In this document: one piece after another, positions 8,811 through 17,247 of the stretch
How the letters are laid out: the number at the start of each line of letters is the position of its first letter
Position numbering within the stretch: position 1 is the first letter of the stretch
DNA from: Candidatus Staskawiczbacteria bacterium
GTDB lineage: Bacteria; Patescibacteriota; Minisyncoccia; Minisyncoccales; Staskawiczbacteraceae
DNA: 64,000 bases
NCBI GenBank assembly: GCA_963778905.1
Contig: CAVZWH010000017.1
Location: forward strand, 76 to 64,075
Direction: 5' to 3'
Made by a program: the position numbers and the translations under genes
Notes under the pieces: model-generated
Database searches by the model: none
Told to the model about the DNA's origin: nothing
The model's input: only the letters and a program-made list of their open reading frames with translations

Positions 8811-9869
8811 ATGTCATTATCCATAGGTATTGTCGGTCTTCCAAACGTAGGAAAATCGACACTTTTCAAAACATTAACAAAAAAGGAAGTTTTGATTGCT
8901 AATTATCCTTTTGCAACAATTGACCCTAATGTCGGGGTTGTTTTGGTTCCCGACGAAAGAGTTGACAAATTGGCAGAATTATCAAAATCAAAAAAGAAAA
9001 TTTATGCAACAGTTGATTTTGTGGATATTGCAGGATTAGTAAAGGGAGCCTCCGAAGGCGAAGGTTTGGGAAATAAATTTTTGGCAAATATCAGAGAAAC
9101 AGATGCAATTTTGTATGTTTTGCGCGCATTTAGAAACGCAGATATTATAAACACGCAGCAAGATGTAAATCCATTGAAAGAAAAAGAAATTTTGGATGTG
9201 GAATTAATTTTGAAAGATTTAGAAACAATAAATAAAAGAATAGATGGGTTGGAAGGCGATGTGCGGGCTGGAAAAAAAGAAGCCATAAAAGAAATGGCGG
9301 TTATAAAAAAAGCAAAAGAATTTTTGTCGCAAGAAAAAATTTTAATTGACCAAAATTTTACAGATGACGAAAAAGAAATTTTAGAAAGTTTTCAATTGTT
9401 AACCTTTAAGCCAAGATTATATTTATTAAACGGCAAAGACGAAGAAATAGCTAGGTCCGACCTAGCTAAAAATTTTGGTGATAATTATTTGATTATTGAT
9501 GTGGCGACAGAATATGAGGCAGAAGAATTGTCGCAGGAAGAAAGAAAGTCATTGGGTTTGCCGGAATTGTCTGAAACAGATATTTTGATTAAAAAATCTT
9601 ACGAACTTTTGAATTTAATAACTTTTTTAACAACAGGAGAAGATGAAACAAGGGCTTGGACAATAAATAAGGGAGACGCCGCTCCAAAAGCTGGCTCGGC
9701 AATTCATACAGATTTTGAAAATAAATTTGTGAAAGCGGAAGTCGTTTTTTGGAAAGATTTGCTGGACGCCGGTGGATATCCAAAAGCCAGAGAGCAGGGA
9801 AAACTAAGAACAGAAGGAAAAGAATATGTTGTAAAAGACGGCGATGTTATAGAATTTAAGCATGGATAA
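8811..9869 (+). CDS. ychF: Ribosome-binding ATPase YchF
   Basis: It has the G1 motif IGIVGLPNVGKSTLF and FATIDPNVG, plus the C-terminal TGS-like region EGKEYVVKDGDVIEFK. Confidence 0.9.
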   Translation: MSLSIGIVGLPNVGKSTLFKTLTKKEVLIANYPFATIDPNVGVVLVPDERVDKLAELSKSKKKIYATVDFVDIAGLVKGASEGEGLGNKFLANIRETDAILYVLRAFRNADIINTQQDVNPLKEKEILDVELILKDLETINKRIDGLEGDVRAGKKEAIKEMAVIKKAKEFLSQEKILIDQNFTDDEKEILESFQLLTFKPRLYLLNGKDEEIARSDLAKNFGDNYLIIDVATEYEAEELSQEERKSLGLPELSETDILIKKSYELLNLITFLTTGEDETRAWTINKGDAAPKAGSAIHTDFENKFVKAEVVFWKDLLDAGGYPKAREQGKLRTEGKEYVVKDGDVIEFKHG

Positions 9870-10557
9870 TATTAAAATTTTGTACGAAGATAATCATATT
9901 ATTGCAGTGGTTAAACCGGCTGGGGTTTTGACGCAGGGAGATAGAACCGGTGACAAAAATTTGATGGATATGGTTAAGGATTATCTTAAAAAAAAATATA
10001 AAAAACCCGGAAATGTTTTTTTGGGTTTGGTGCATAGATTGGACAAGCCGGTGGCCGGAATTGTTTTGTTTGGAAAAACTTCAAAAGGAGCTTCAAGATT
10101 ATCAGAGCAATTTAGAAATCACACAATACAAAAGACATATTATGGAATTGTTGTAGGAAAACCAAAAGAGGAAAGGGGAGTGATAAAAGAGCAGGTGAAT
10201 AAAATATCTTTTTTTGCCGAAGGATTTACAAATAAAACAGACCAAGAACTTTTGGATGAAATTAAAAAAGCAACCAAAACCAGAACAGCGGAATTGGAAT
10301 ACCAAATGATTAAAAAAAATGACAAATATAGTTTGTTAAAAATAATGCCGAAAACCGGCAGATTTCACCAGATAAGAATTCAAATGGCAAATATGGGTTG
10401 TCCAATTTTGGGCGACGAAAAATATAGCAATCAAAAACCATTGCCGGACAAAAACATTGCTTTGTCAGCAACTGCGATTTCTTTTAAGACCGCAACAGAC
10501 GATAAAGTGGTAAATCTTGAAATTCCGCTGCCTGAATCTTGGAACAAGTATGTGTAG
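9862..10557 (+). CDS. RluA-family pseudouridine synthase
   Basis: It has the catalytic motif HRLDKPVAGIVLFGKT and TGRFHQIRIQMA. It overlaps the end of ychF by 8 nt. Confidence 0.85.
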   Translation: MDNIKILYEDNHIIAVVKPAGVLTQGDRTGDKNLMDMVKDYLKKKYKKPGNVFLGLVHRLDKPVAGIVLFGKTSKGASRLSEQFRNHTIQKTYYGIVVGKPKEERGVIKEQVNKISFFAEGFTNKTDQELLDEIKKATKTRTAELEYQMIKKNDKYSLLKIMPKTGRFHQIRIQMANMGCPILGDEKYSNQKPLPDKNIALSATAISFKTATDDKVVNLEIPLPESWNKYV

Positions 10558-10696
10558 TTATTCACACCCCAAAGGTTGACTTTAGTTTCGGCAGTTGGGA
10601 TAATAAATAAACATAATTAAAGGTCGAGTTTTTCTTTACAGAAAAACATTTGATCCTTACGATTATCTATTAAAATTAAATTAAACAATAAACATT

Positions 10697-11380
10697 ATGA
10701 CATATGCAGATTGGTTATCGGTTGTTCAGCCGTTTTTGCAACAATTGATATCCTTCATCGCTAATTTAGTGGTAGCCATAGTTGTTTTTATTATCGGCTA
10801 CTTAATATCTGTCGGAATCGGCAGATTAATTACCGAAATATTAAAGTCGGTGAAATTTAACAAGCTGTTTGAGAAAGAGGGATGGAGAAAAGCATTGCAA
10901 AGAGCAAATGTTGAGGTAAATCCTTCAGAATTTATTGGAGCAATTTTCAAATGGATTTTTGTTATAGTATCTTTGCTTGTTGCCGTAGACATTCTTCATT
11001 TGACCGCGTTTGCGGGACTTCTAACGCAAGTGTTAGATTATTTGCCAAACGTAATTGTAGCTGTATTGGTTTTTGTTGCCGCCATTGTTATTTCTGACAT
11101 CGTTGAAAAAGTTGTAAGGGCAACGGTTGAGAGATTAAAAGTAGGATACGGATTTTTGGCGGCTTCAATTGTAAAATGGGCGATCTGGGTGTTTACATTC
11201 TTTTTGATTTTAGATCAGCTTTTGCCAGCTTCCATGTTGGTCAAAACTCTTTACACCTCAATTGTTTACGGCATCGTTGGCGCGTTAGCATTGGGTGTGG
11301 GATTAGCAATCGGACTTGGCGGAAAAGACACGGCATCAAAAATAATTTCCGATATGTACAAAAAAATGGAAGAGAGGTAG
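10697..11380 (+). CDS. Multi-pass membrane protein (repeated TM-helix units, MscS-N-terminal-like)
   Basis: It is 227 aa with about 5 hydrophobic helices, and hairpin terminators follow it. Confidence 0.45.
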   Translation: MTYADWLSVVQPFLQQLISFIANLVVAIVVFIIGYLISVGIGRLITEILKSVKFNKLFEKEGWRKALQRANVEVNPSEFIGAIFKWIFVIVSLLVAVDILHLTAFAGLLTQVLDYLPNVIVAVLVFVAAIVISDIVEKVVRATVERLKVGYGFLAASIVKWAIWVFTFFLILDQLLPASMLVKTLYTSIVYGIVGALALGVGLAIGLGGKDTASKIISDMYKKMEER

Positions 11381-11497
11381 AAATTTTTTAGACATTGGAT
11401 TGTCCCGCGAGCGGGACTTAAAAGTAAATGCAAAAAGACGCGTACGTACCGCGCCTTTTTGTTTTTATAAATTGGAATTTGTTGGGTTGCAAGCGAG

Positions 11498-11527
11498 TTG
11501 ACAAGTTTTGATAAAAGGGAGTATAAT
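11498..11527 (+). promoter_or_regulatory. Sigma70-type promoter (TTGACA, 18-nt spacer, TATAAT)
   Basis: TTGACA lies at 11498-11503 and TATAAT at 11522-11527, upstream of the KH-protein/trmD genes. Confidence 0.55.
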
Positions 11528-11586
11528 CTTAATATAGATAATCAAGGTCGAAAAAATGAATATTAGAATAATTGATTCAAGAAAAT

Positions 11587-11901
11587 ATGGCACAAGATAA
11601 TGATAAAGAATTTCTTGAGTACATTGTCAAGGAATTAGTTGACAATCCTAAAGACGTCAAAGTTGAAAGAAAAGTTGACGAAATGGGAGTATTGCTTTCT
11701 TTGAAAGTAAACCCAGAAGATATGGGCCAAATCATTGGAAGAGAAGGATCAACAGCCAAGGCAATCAGGAACTTAGTCCGAATTGTTGGACTAAAGAACC
11801 ACGCCAGAGTGAACCTCAAAATTGAGGAACCAGAAGGCGGACGTGCTCTGAAAACTGAGAAGAAACCTCTCTCAGACGACATAGAAAATATTTCTTTATA
11901 A
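11587..11901 (+). CDS. KH-domain RNA-binding protein (YlqC/UPF0109 family)
   Basis: LEYIVKELVDNPKDVKV...GQIIGREGSTAKAIRNLV contains a GxxG-type KH motif. It occupies the conserved position upstream of trmD. I chose the ATG at 11587 over the TTG at 11572. Confidence 0.75.
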   Translation: MAQDNDKEFLEYIVKELVDNPKDVKVERKVDEMGVLLSLKVNPEDMGQIIGREGSTAKAIRNLVRIVGLKNHARVNLKIEEPEGGRALKTEKKPLSDDIENISL

Positions 11902-12017
11902 ATAGAAAGTGAAGATCGCGCCGCAAGGCGCGGTTTTCATTTGTGGTATAATGGAATATCCTGCCAAATACTAAAATTTCTCGTGTCGAGAAATTTTATT
12001 TGCCAGGATGCCTATGC

Positions 12018-12686
12018 ATGATAAAGTTTGACGTAGTCACAATTTTTCCGGAAATGTTTGACTCTTATTTGAAAGAGAGTTTGATTTCGCGTGCACAAAA
12101 AAAGAAATTTATAAAAGTTAATTTGCATAATTTAAGAAAGTGGACAAATGATAACCATAAAACAGTTGACGACAGGCCGTTTGGCGGAGGATTGGGAATG
12201 GTTTTGAAAGTTGAACCTATTTACAAAGCAGTAAAACAATTAAAGAAAAATAAAAAAGTAAAAGTAATTTTATTTACGCCGAGAGGACAAAAATTTAACC
12301 AGCAGATAGCTTACAAACTTTCAAAATTAGACCAGATAATTTTTATCTGCGGAAGATACGAAGGAGTTGACGAAAGAGTTGCAGAAAAAATTGCAGATAT
12401 GGAAATTTCAATTGGAGATTACGATTTAATGGGCGGAGAATTGCCAGCGATGGTGGCAATAGAAACAATTTCAAGATTGATTTCCGGAGTTTTGGGAAAA
12501 CCACAACTGCTAAAAGAAAGAATTTCAAAATCCGGCGGATTTTTAGAATATGCGCAGTATACAAGGCCGGAAATTTTTTCGCCCAAAAAAGGAAAAAAAT
12601 GGAAAGTTCCTAAAGTTTTGTTATCGGGAGACCATAAAAAAATTAATGAATGGAAAAAATTGCATGGCAAAGTTATTGAAAAATAA
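12018..12686 (+). CDS. trmD: tRNA (guanine37-N1)-methyltransferase TrmD
   Basis: MIKFDVVTIFPEMF...DDRPFGGGLGMVLKVEP...ICGRYEGVDERV...SIGDYDLMGGELPAM match the family. The likely start is the ATG at 12018. Confidence 0.9.
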   Translation: MIKFDVVTIFPEMFDSYLKESLISRAQKKKFIKVNLHNLRKWTNDNHKTVDDRPFGGGLGMVLKVEPIYKAVKQLKKNKKVKVILFTPRGQKFNQQIAYKLSKLDQIIFICGRYEGVDERVAEKIADMEISIGDYDLMGGELPAMVAIETISRLISGVLGKPQLLKERISKSGGFLEYAQYTRPEIFSPKKGKKWKVPKVLLSGDHKKINEWKKLHGKVIEK

Positions 12687-12756
12687 TCGTTTTTATGATA
12701 TAAAATATATTATGAGTAGGGCGTGCCCCGTTAGAGTCGGGACGCCGACTCTAACG

Positions 12757-12842
12757 GGGCGTGTGGCTGAGCAGCAAAGGCATCAGACTGTAAATCTGAC
12801 GGGTTCTACCCTTCGCAGGTGCAAGTCCTGCCGCGCCCACCA
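12757..12842 (+). tRNA. tRNA-Tyr (GUA), long variable arm, CCA encoded
   Basis: The acceptor is GGGCGTG/CGCGCCC. The anticodon stem is TCAGA/TCTGA with loop CTGTAAA. The T-arm is GCAGG-TGCAAGT-CCTGC, which places G at position 55. Confidence 0.85.
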
Positions 12843-12857
12843 GTGTCAGATAACATT

Positions 12858-12930
12858 GCCGATGTAGCTCAGTTAGCAGAGCACATTCTTGGTAAGAATG
12901 AGGTCCGCAGTGCAAATCTGCGCATCGGCT
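12858..12930 (+). tRNA. tRNA-Thr (GGU)
   Basis: The acceptor is GCCGATG/CATCGGC. The anticodon stem is CATTC/GAATG with loop TTGGTAA. The T-arm is CGCAG-TGCAAAT-CTGCG, which places G at position 55. Confidence 0.85.
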
Positions 12931-12956
12931 CAGAAAAATATAATTAGAAAAAAATT

Positions 12957-13118
12957 ATGGCAACAAAAAAACCATTTACAAAATTAGCTTGTTCTGTCTG
13001 CAAGACAACAAACTATTTTACTAAAAAAACAAAAAAATCAGCTGAAAAAAAACTTGAGCTGAAGAAATTTTGTTCAACCTGCAAAAAACATACCCCTCAT
13101 AAAGAGAGTCGCAAGTGA
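12957..13118 (+). CDS. rpmG: 50S ribosomal protein L33 (53 aa, absent from the ORF track)
   Basis: It translates to MATKKPFTKLACSVCKTTNYFTKKTKKSAEKKLELKKFCSTCKKHTPHKESRK, with the CxxC...CxxC pattern and the K(K/H)T.H.E ending typical of L33. Confidence 0.85.
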   Translation: MATKKPFTKLACSVCKTTNYFTKKTKKSAEKKLELKKFCSTCKKHTPHKESRK

Positions 13119-13248
13119 GCAGGTGACAGAATACGAAACTCGTGATGTAATAAGGGGTTGTCCGAGGGGATAGCCTCTTTTGGTTGCTACATTAAAAACT
13201 TTAATTTTGAATTTAAGTTTGAAGAAATAATACAGCCCTAATTGCATT

Positions 13249-13277
13249 TTGACAATTATTATAAATAGTGGTAAATT
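13249..13277 (+). promoter_or_regulatory. Candidate promoter (TTGACA, 17-nt spacer, TGgTAAATT extended -10) for the radical-SAM operon
   Basis: TTGACA lies at 13249-13254 and TAAATT at 13272-13277, preceded by TG. An AAGGAG RBS lies at 13315-13320, before the GTG at 13327. Confidence 0.4.
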
Positions 13278-13326
13278 ATAGGCAGTTATTTGACCCGTCC
13301 TTTGACAACAAATTAAGGAGATAAAC

Positions 13327-14409
13327 GTGGAAACCTCAAGAATTAAGAAAATTGGCTGGGGGTTGGGCGTGTGCAACATGAATTGCAGACATTGCTACAA
13401 TCGTTCCGGGGATGAAAATTCTGTGCCGAGATATACACTCGGTCAGCTCATTGATGTTGCAGACAAAATATGTCCACACATTAGGGACATTAACTTTGGT
13501 AGCGGTGAATTTGTATGCAACCCAAACGCAATTGAGTTGGCGCATTACATTACCGATAAGTATCCGCATATTGATTTGGCGGTGACTTCAAGCGGTTACA
13601 CTATTGTAAAGATGGATCCTATCGACATCAAGCGAAGACTAAGCGATGTCGATGTGTCTATCGATTTTCCAGACGCCGAACGGCACAATGCGTTCCGCCG
13701 ACACCCGCAGGCATGGGAATGGGCTATACGAGCACTGGAAATTCTGAATGAAGTCAGAAAGCAGAGAACTGTAACTATGTGTGTTACCAGCCAAGTATCA
13801 AATGATGATCTTGTCGGTATGCTGAAATTGGCAGACCGCTACGGGGCATGTCTAAGACTGAATTGGTACCGCCATACTGGCAGAGGTCCGAAATCTTTGC
13901 GCTTGTCTGCGAGACGCGCATGGGAAATAGTCGAATTTTTGTCAGACAAAGCGGTGTTCAGTTGTCTAGATTCTGTTTTTGCAGGTCCTTTAGGCGTGAG
14001 GTCAAAGCCTTGCCCCGGAGCGCGATTTTCAGCGCGAATTCATCAGGACATGAGCGTTACCGCATATCCATTTCTGCAAGGAGATGAATGGTCGGCGGGA
14101 AACATTCTTGATCCTGAAATTGATCTGGCTAAAATTTACAACTCTTCGGCTTTCAAAAAGTTGAGGAGCAGAAAAGTCCCGTACTGCGAAGGATGTAAAT
14201 TTAGTGCATCTTGTGCGGGCGGATGCATTACACGCGCAATACTGCACAACGGAGGAATCGCTAAAGTTGATGACTATTGCCCTATTCGTTACAAGCAAAT
14301 GGCAACAGTTGAAAAGGTTCAGCAAAAAATCGTTGTGCATAAGCACGGCAACTTGGTGCACGAAGGTTATTTGTGCACTACCATCATGAAACCACATTCC
14401 GGCATTTAG
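13327..14409 (+). CDS. Radical SAM protein with a C-terminal SPASM/twitch-like Cys cluster
   Basis: It has the CX3CX2C motif GVCNMNCRHCYN, followed by GSGEF. The C-terminal Cys cluster is YCEGCKFSASCAGGCITRA...DDYCP. It has a GTG start and elevated GC. Confidence 0.8.
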   Translation: METSRIKKIGWGLGVCNMNCRHCYNRSGDENSVPRYTLGQLIDVADKICPHIRDINFGSGEFVCNPNAIELAHYITDKYPHIDLAVTSSGYTIVKMDPIDIKRRLSDVDVSIDFPDAERHNAFRRHPQAWEWAIRALEILNEVRKQRTVTMCVTSQVSNDDLVGMLKLADRYGACLRLNWYRHTGRGPKSLRLSARRAWEIVEFLSDKAVFSCLDSVFAGPLGVRSKPCPGARFSARIHQDMSVTAYPFLQGDEWSAGNILDPEIDLAKIYNSSAFKKLRSRKVPYCEGCKFSASCAGGCITRAILHNGGIAKVDDYCPIRYKQMATVEKVQQKIVVHKHGNLVHEGYLCTTIMKPHSGI

Positions 14410-14428
14410 CCGAGAAAGGAGGCCTTGA

Positions 14429-15067
14429 ATGAAAGCATTTCACATCAGCTTTGAGGGCACTAATGGTGCCGGCAAGTCAACGCAAGCAAAGATACTTGTA
14501 AAGCATCTTTGCGACTACGGCGTCCCCACAAAGTATGTCAAAAATCCGAATGGAACAGCGTTCAGCAAGTTGGTTATGGATGCGATTCTTGCTCAATCGC
14601 CACACAAATTGGCAGAAATTCTTGCCTTTGCGGCTTGCTTTTGCCAAACGGCCAATGAATTGGTTGTGCCTTTTATGAAAAGAGGCACCTGTGTTGTGTC
14701 TGACCGGGGCATAGGCTCAGCCTATGCCCACGCTTTATACCGATGCAAAGGAGCTATTAACGAGGATTTGTTCACTCAGATAATAACGGAAATAAACAAA
14801 GATAATGTTTTATTTCCCGATTTGACCTTTCTGCTCTCACTTCCCATCGAATTGGGAGTTGCAAGAAAGAAAGGGTCTGCGAGCAAAAACAGATTAGATG
14901 CTCTTACGCCAGATAGCGCCCGGGAAGCTCTTGCTTATGAAAAATTGAGCAAGAAATTTCCAAATTGGATAACCATAAGCGCCAATGGTAGCATCGACAA
15001 AATCTCCAAAAGGATTTGGACAGAAACAGCTAAACTTATAAGGAGGTGCGCAAATGAACAGCACTAA
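14429..15067 (+). CDS. Thymidylate kinase-like P-loop nucleotide kinase
   Basis: It has the P-loop ISFEGTNGAGKSTQAKIL, the DR motif VVSDRGIGSAYAH and a LID-like segment RKKGSASKNRLD. At 212 aa its length is typical of Tmk. Confidence 0.75.
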   Translation: MKAFHISFEGTNGAGKSTQAKILVKHLCDYGVPTKYVKNPNGTAFSKLVMDAILAQSPHKLAEILAFAACFCQTANELVVPFMKRGTCVVSDRGIGSAYAHALYRCKGAINEDLFTQIITEINKDNVLFPDLTFLLSLPIELGVARKKGSASKNRLDALTPDSAREALAYEKLSKKFPNWITISANGSIDKISKRIWTETAKLIRRCANEQH

Positions 15068-16613
15068 GATAGTGTTGGCAACTCCGCCGACAATTTCTCA
15101 GCGCACAGCTGAAGAAACGCTTGCCATTGAATATCTGGCATCTGCGTTGCGTAATGCCGGATATGAAGTCGTAATAATCGATGCATGGCTCAGAGGCATT
15201 GACTGCCAAAAAGCCGTGGACCTGATGTTTGAAGACGGCAATCCTTCTGTAATTTGCATGTCTTGCTACCGCTCCAACCTCGATCAGGCGAGTGAATTGA
15301 TAAGACGCGCAAAAGACAGGGCAGAAAATGTCCTGACCGTGTGCGGAGGGTTCGGGCCGACATTTCATGATGAAGAATTTTTGGAAGTTGGTTTCGACGT
15401 TGCTGTTCGCGGAGAAGCCGAGGGGCTTCTTGCGGATCTGATTGCCAAAATGTTGGCCAAGAATAGTCTTTTTGACTTTCCTAGCGTCAGTTTTCTGTCG
15501 GGCGGCAAAATATTTCGGACGGAAAGAAAAGAACCAATCATTGAATTGGAAACTATTTTTTTTCCGGCTAGAGACGAGATGCCGTATGTAATCAGGAGAA
15601 AAAATCCTGTTCACATTTGCACGTCGCGAGGTTGCAACGGCAGTTGTTCTTTTTGTTCTGTAGCCGCTTTTAATCATGGTGTGACTAGAAAGCGCTGGCG
15701 TGGCAGATCTATCGGAAACATAGTCGATGAAATCAGGGAAATTCACGAAAGGTTTGGGACAACCCATTTCAAGTTTGTCGACGATAGCTTTCTTGAACCG
15801 CCAAGAGACGAAAATTGGGCAATCGATTTCGCAAGTGCCCTTAAGGGGGCGGGGCTCAATATTCGTTTCAGAACGCAGGTTCGCGCTGACCGTCTCACAG
15901 ATTCCATTGTGGAAAGTCTGGCAAGTTGTGGCTTGTTTGCCACTAACGTAGGTGTAGAGAATTTTTCCAACTCTGCCCTGTCCCGAATGCGAAAACCATC
16001 GCGTTCAACTGACAATATCAGGGCAATGGGTCTTCTGCGCAAATATAATGTGTACACACAAATCGGCTTGATCATGTTTGATAATATGACAACCATTGAT
16101 GAGTTGTCGGAAAATTATCAGGCGTTACTCAGGTATCCCTGGGTGATTATTAAGGGAGTGTTCACTGAAATGTTTGCGGCAGAGGGAACTGCTTTTACAC
16201 AAGGTTTGAAAGGTACTCATTTGCTGAGTGGTGGCGGCAAAAACCAGAACTATGGCTATGCGATACAAGATGCGCAGGCGCGCAGAGTGTATTCAATGCT
16301 GAAGGTCTGGCACAAGTATCACGCTCCGCTGTATGACCAGGTGATTGATCCTTTGACCGCTCCAAAGATTATGTCTGATGGCGGATACGAGGAAGTTCAC
16401 CGGTTGTGCGCAAACCTTCTTGCGCTTGACGTGAGATTCTTTGGAAAAACTCTTTCGCAGATTGCAAAGGGTGTATCTGATGATGCAGAAATGACGGAAG
16501 CTGAAATCCGTCTGACTGCAGGCGCCCACGAAAGCATAAGAGAAAAAATAAATAATGTCTACGCCAGAGAAGGCTTGACTTACGATGGTGAGTTCAATCC
16601 TTTTCTTGCATAA
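15054..16613 (+). CDS. B12-binding-domain radical SAM protein (class B-like)
   Basis: The N-terminal Rossmann-like region (IVLATPP...LAIEYLASALRNAGYEVVIIDAW) resembles cobalamin-binding domains. The radical-SAM motif is CTSRGCNGSCSFCSV. It overlaps the kinase gene by 14 nt. Confidence 0.8.
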   Translation: MNSTKIVLATPPTISQRTAEETLAIEYLASALRNAGYEVVIIDAWLRGIDCQKAVDLMFEDGNPSVICMSCYRSNLDQASELIRRAKDRAENVLTVCGGFGPTFHDEEFLEVGFDVAVRGEAEGLLADLIAKMLAKNSLFDFPSVSFLSGGKIFRTERKEPIIELETIFFPARDEMPYVIRRKNPVHICTSRGCNGSCSFCSVAAFNHGVTRKRWRGRSIGNIVDEIREIHERFGTTHFKFVDDSFLEPPRDENWAIDFASALKGAGLNIRFRTQVRADRLTDSIVESLASCGLFATNVGVENFSNSALSRMRKPSRSTDNIRAMGLLRKYNVYTQIGLIMFDNMTTIDELSENYQALLRYPWVIIKGVFTEMFAAEGTAFTQGLKGTHLLSGGGKNQNYGYAIQDAQARRVYSMLKVWHKYHAPLYDQVIDPLTAPKIMSDGGYEEVHRLCANLLALDVRFFGKTLSQIAKGVSDDAEMTEAEIRLTAGAHESIREKINNVYAREGLTYDGEFNPFLA

Positions 16614-16616
16614 GAC

Positions 16617-16646
16617 AAGCGAGCTATGGATAGCTCGCTTTTTTTA
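16617..16646 (+). terminator. Rho-independent terminator
   Basis: A 10-bp stem AAGCGAGCTA/TAGCTCGCTT with loop TGGA is followed by a T-run. Confidence 0.8.
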
Positions 16647-16709
16647 ATATAAAAATTTGCTTTAACTCGCGTAATATCATATTATAAAAAAATAGCTTAT
16701 AATAAATTT

Positions 16710-17066
16710 ATGAATGACAATTTAAAAAATTATGCAACTGCATTTGTGGGTAAGATTGTAAAAATAAAAATTGACAGACCACTTGGTTCAAAGCATCCAA
16801 AACACGACATGATTTATGAAGTAAATTATGGTTTTGTGCCGGATACAAAAGCTCCAGATGGGGAAGAGATAGATGCTTATTTATTGGGAGTTGATAAACC
16901 TCTAGATGAATTTACCGGAAAATGCATAGCTGTAATACACAGATTAGACGATAATGATGATAAACTAATAATTATTCCTGAAAACTCTGAAAACATAAGC
17001 GATGAAGAAATACTTGGATTGATCAACTTCCAAGAAAAATGGTTTAAGTCAGAAATAATTAGGTAA
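16710..17066 (+). CDS. Short inorganic pyrophosphatase-like protein
   Basis: KIDRPLGSKHPKH...VNYGFVPDTKAPDGEEIDAYLLG...VIHRLDDNDDKLII resembles the YGF(I/V)P...DG(D/E)..D core of family I PPases. At 118 aa it is shorter than canonical enzymes. Confidence 0.55.
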   Translation: MNDNLKNYATAFVGKIVKIKIDRPLGSKHPKHDMIYEVNYGFVPDTKAPDGEEIDAYLLGVDKPLDEFTGKCIAVIHRLDDNDDKLIIIPENSENISDEEILGLINFQEKWFKSEIIR

Positions 17067-17145
17067 AAAATATATAAGGATTTTTTTCAAACAAAAGAAA
17101 CCTTTGTGGCAATTCTCATAAAGGTTTTTTGTTAAAAAGTTCAAA

Positions 17146-17174
17146 TTGACATATCAGATTAAATACAGTATAGT
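17146..17174 (+). promoter_or_regulatory. Sigma70-type promoter (TTGACA, 17-nt spacer, TATAGT)
   Basis: TTGACA lies at 17146-17151 and TATAGT at 17169-17174, with the RBS AGGAGA upstream of the ATG at 17248. Confidence 0.5.
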
Positions 17175-17247
17175 GAGTATCGGTATTGTAACTTGACAAC
17201 TCGTACAAACGTTTGAAAGATTTGAACAATCTTCAGGAGATATAACC

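Noticed and set aside
12550-12867. 105-aa ORF spanning the trmD 3' end and tRNA-Tyr/tRNA-Thr
   Set aside because: It overlaps a well-supported trmD frame and two cloverleaf tRNAs. It is read-through of structured RNA genes, not coding sequence.
15036-15767. 243-aa minus-strand ORF inside the radical-SAM operon
   Set aside because: It lies antisense to two motif-bearing genes (the Tmk-like and B12-rSAM genes). Long spurious antisense ORFs are expected in the GC-richer segment. Its sequence is Arg/Ser-rich with no motif.
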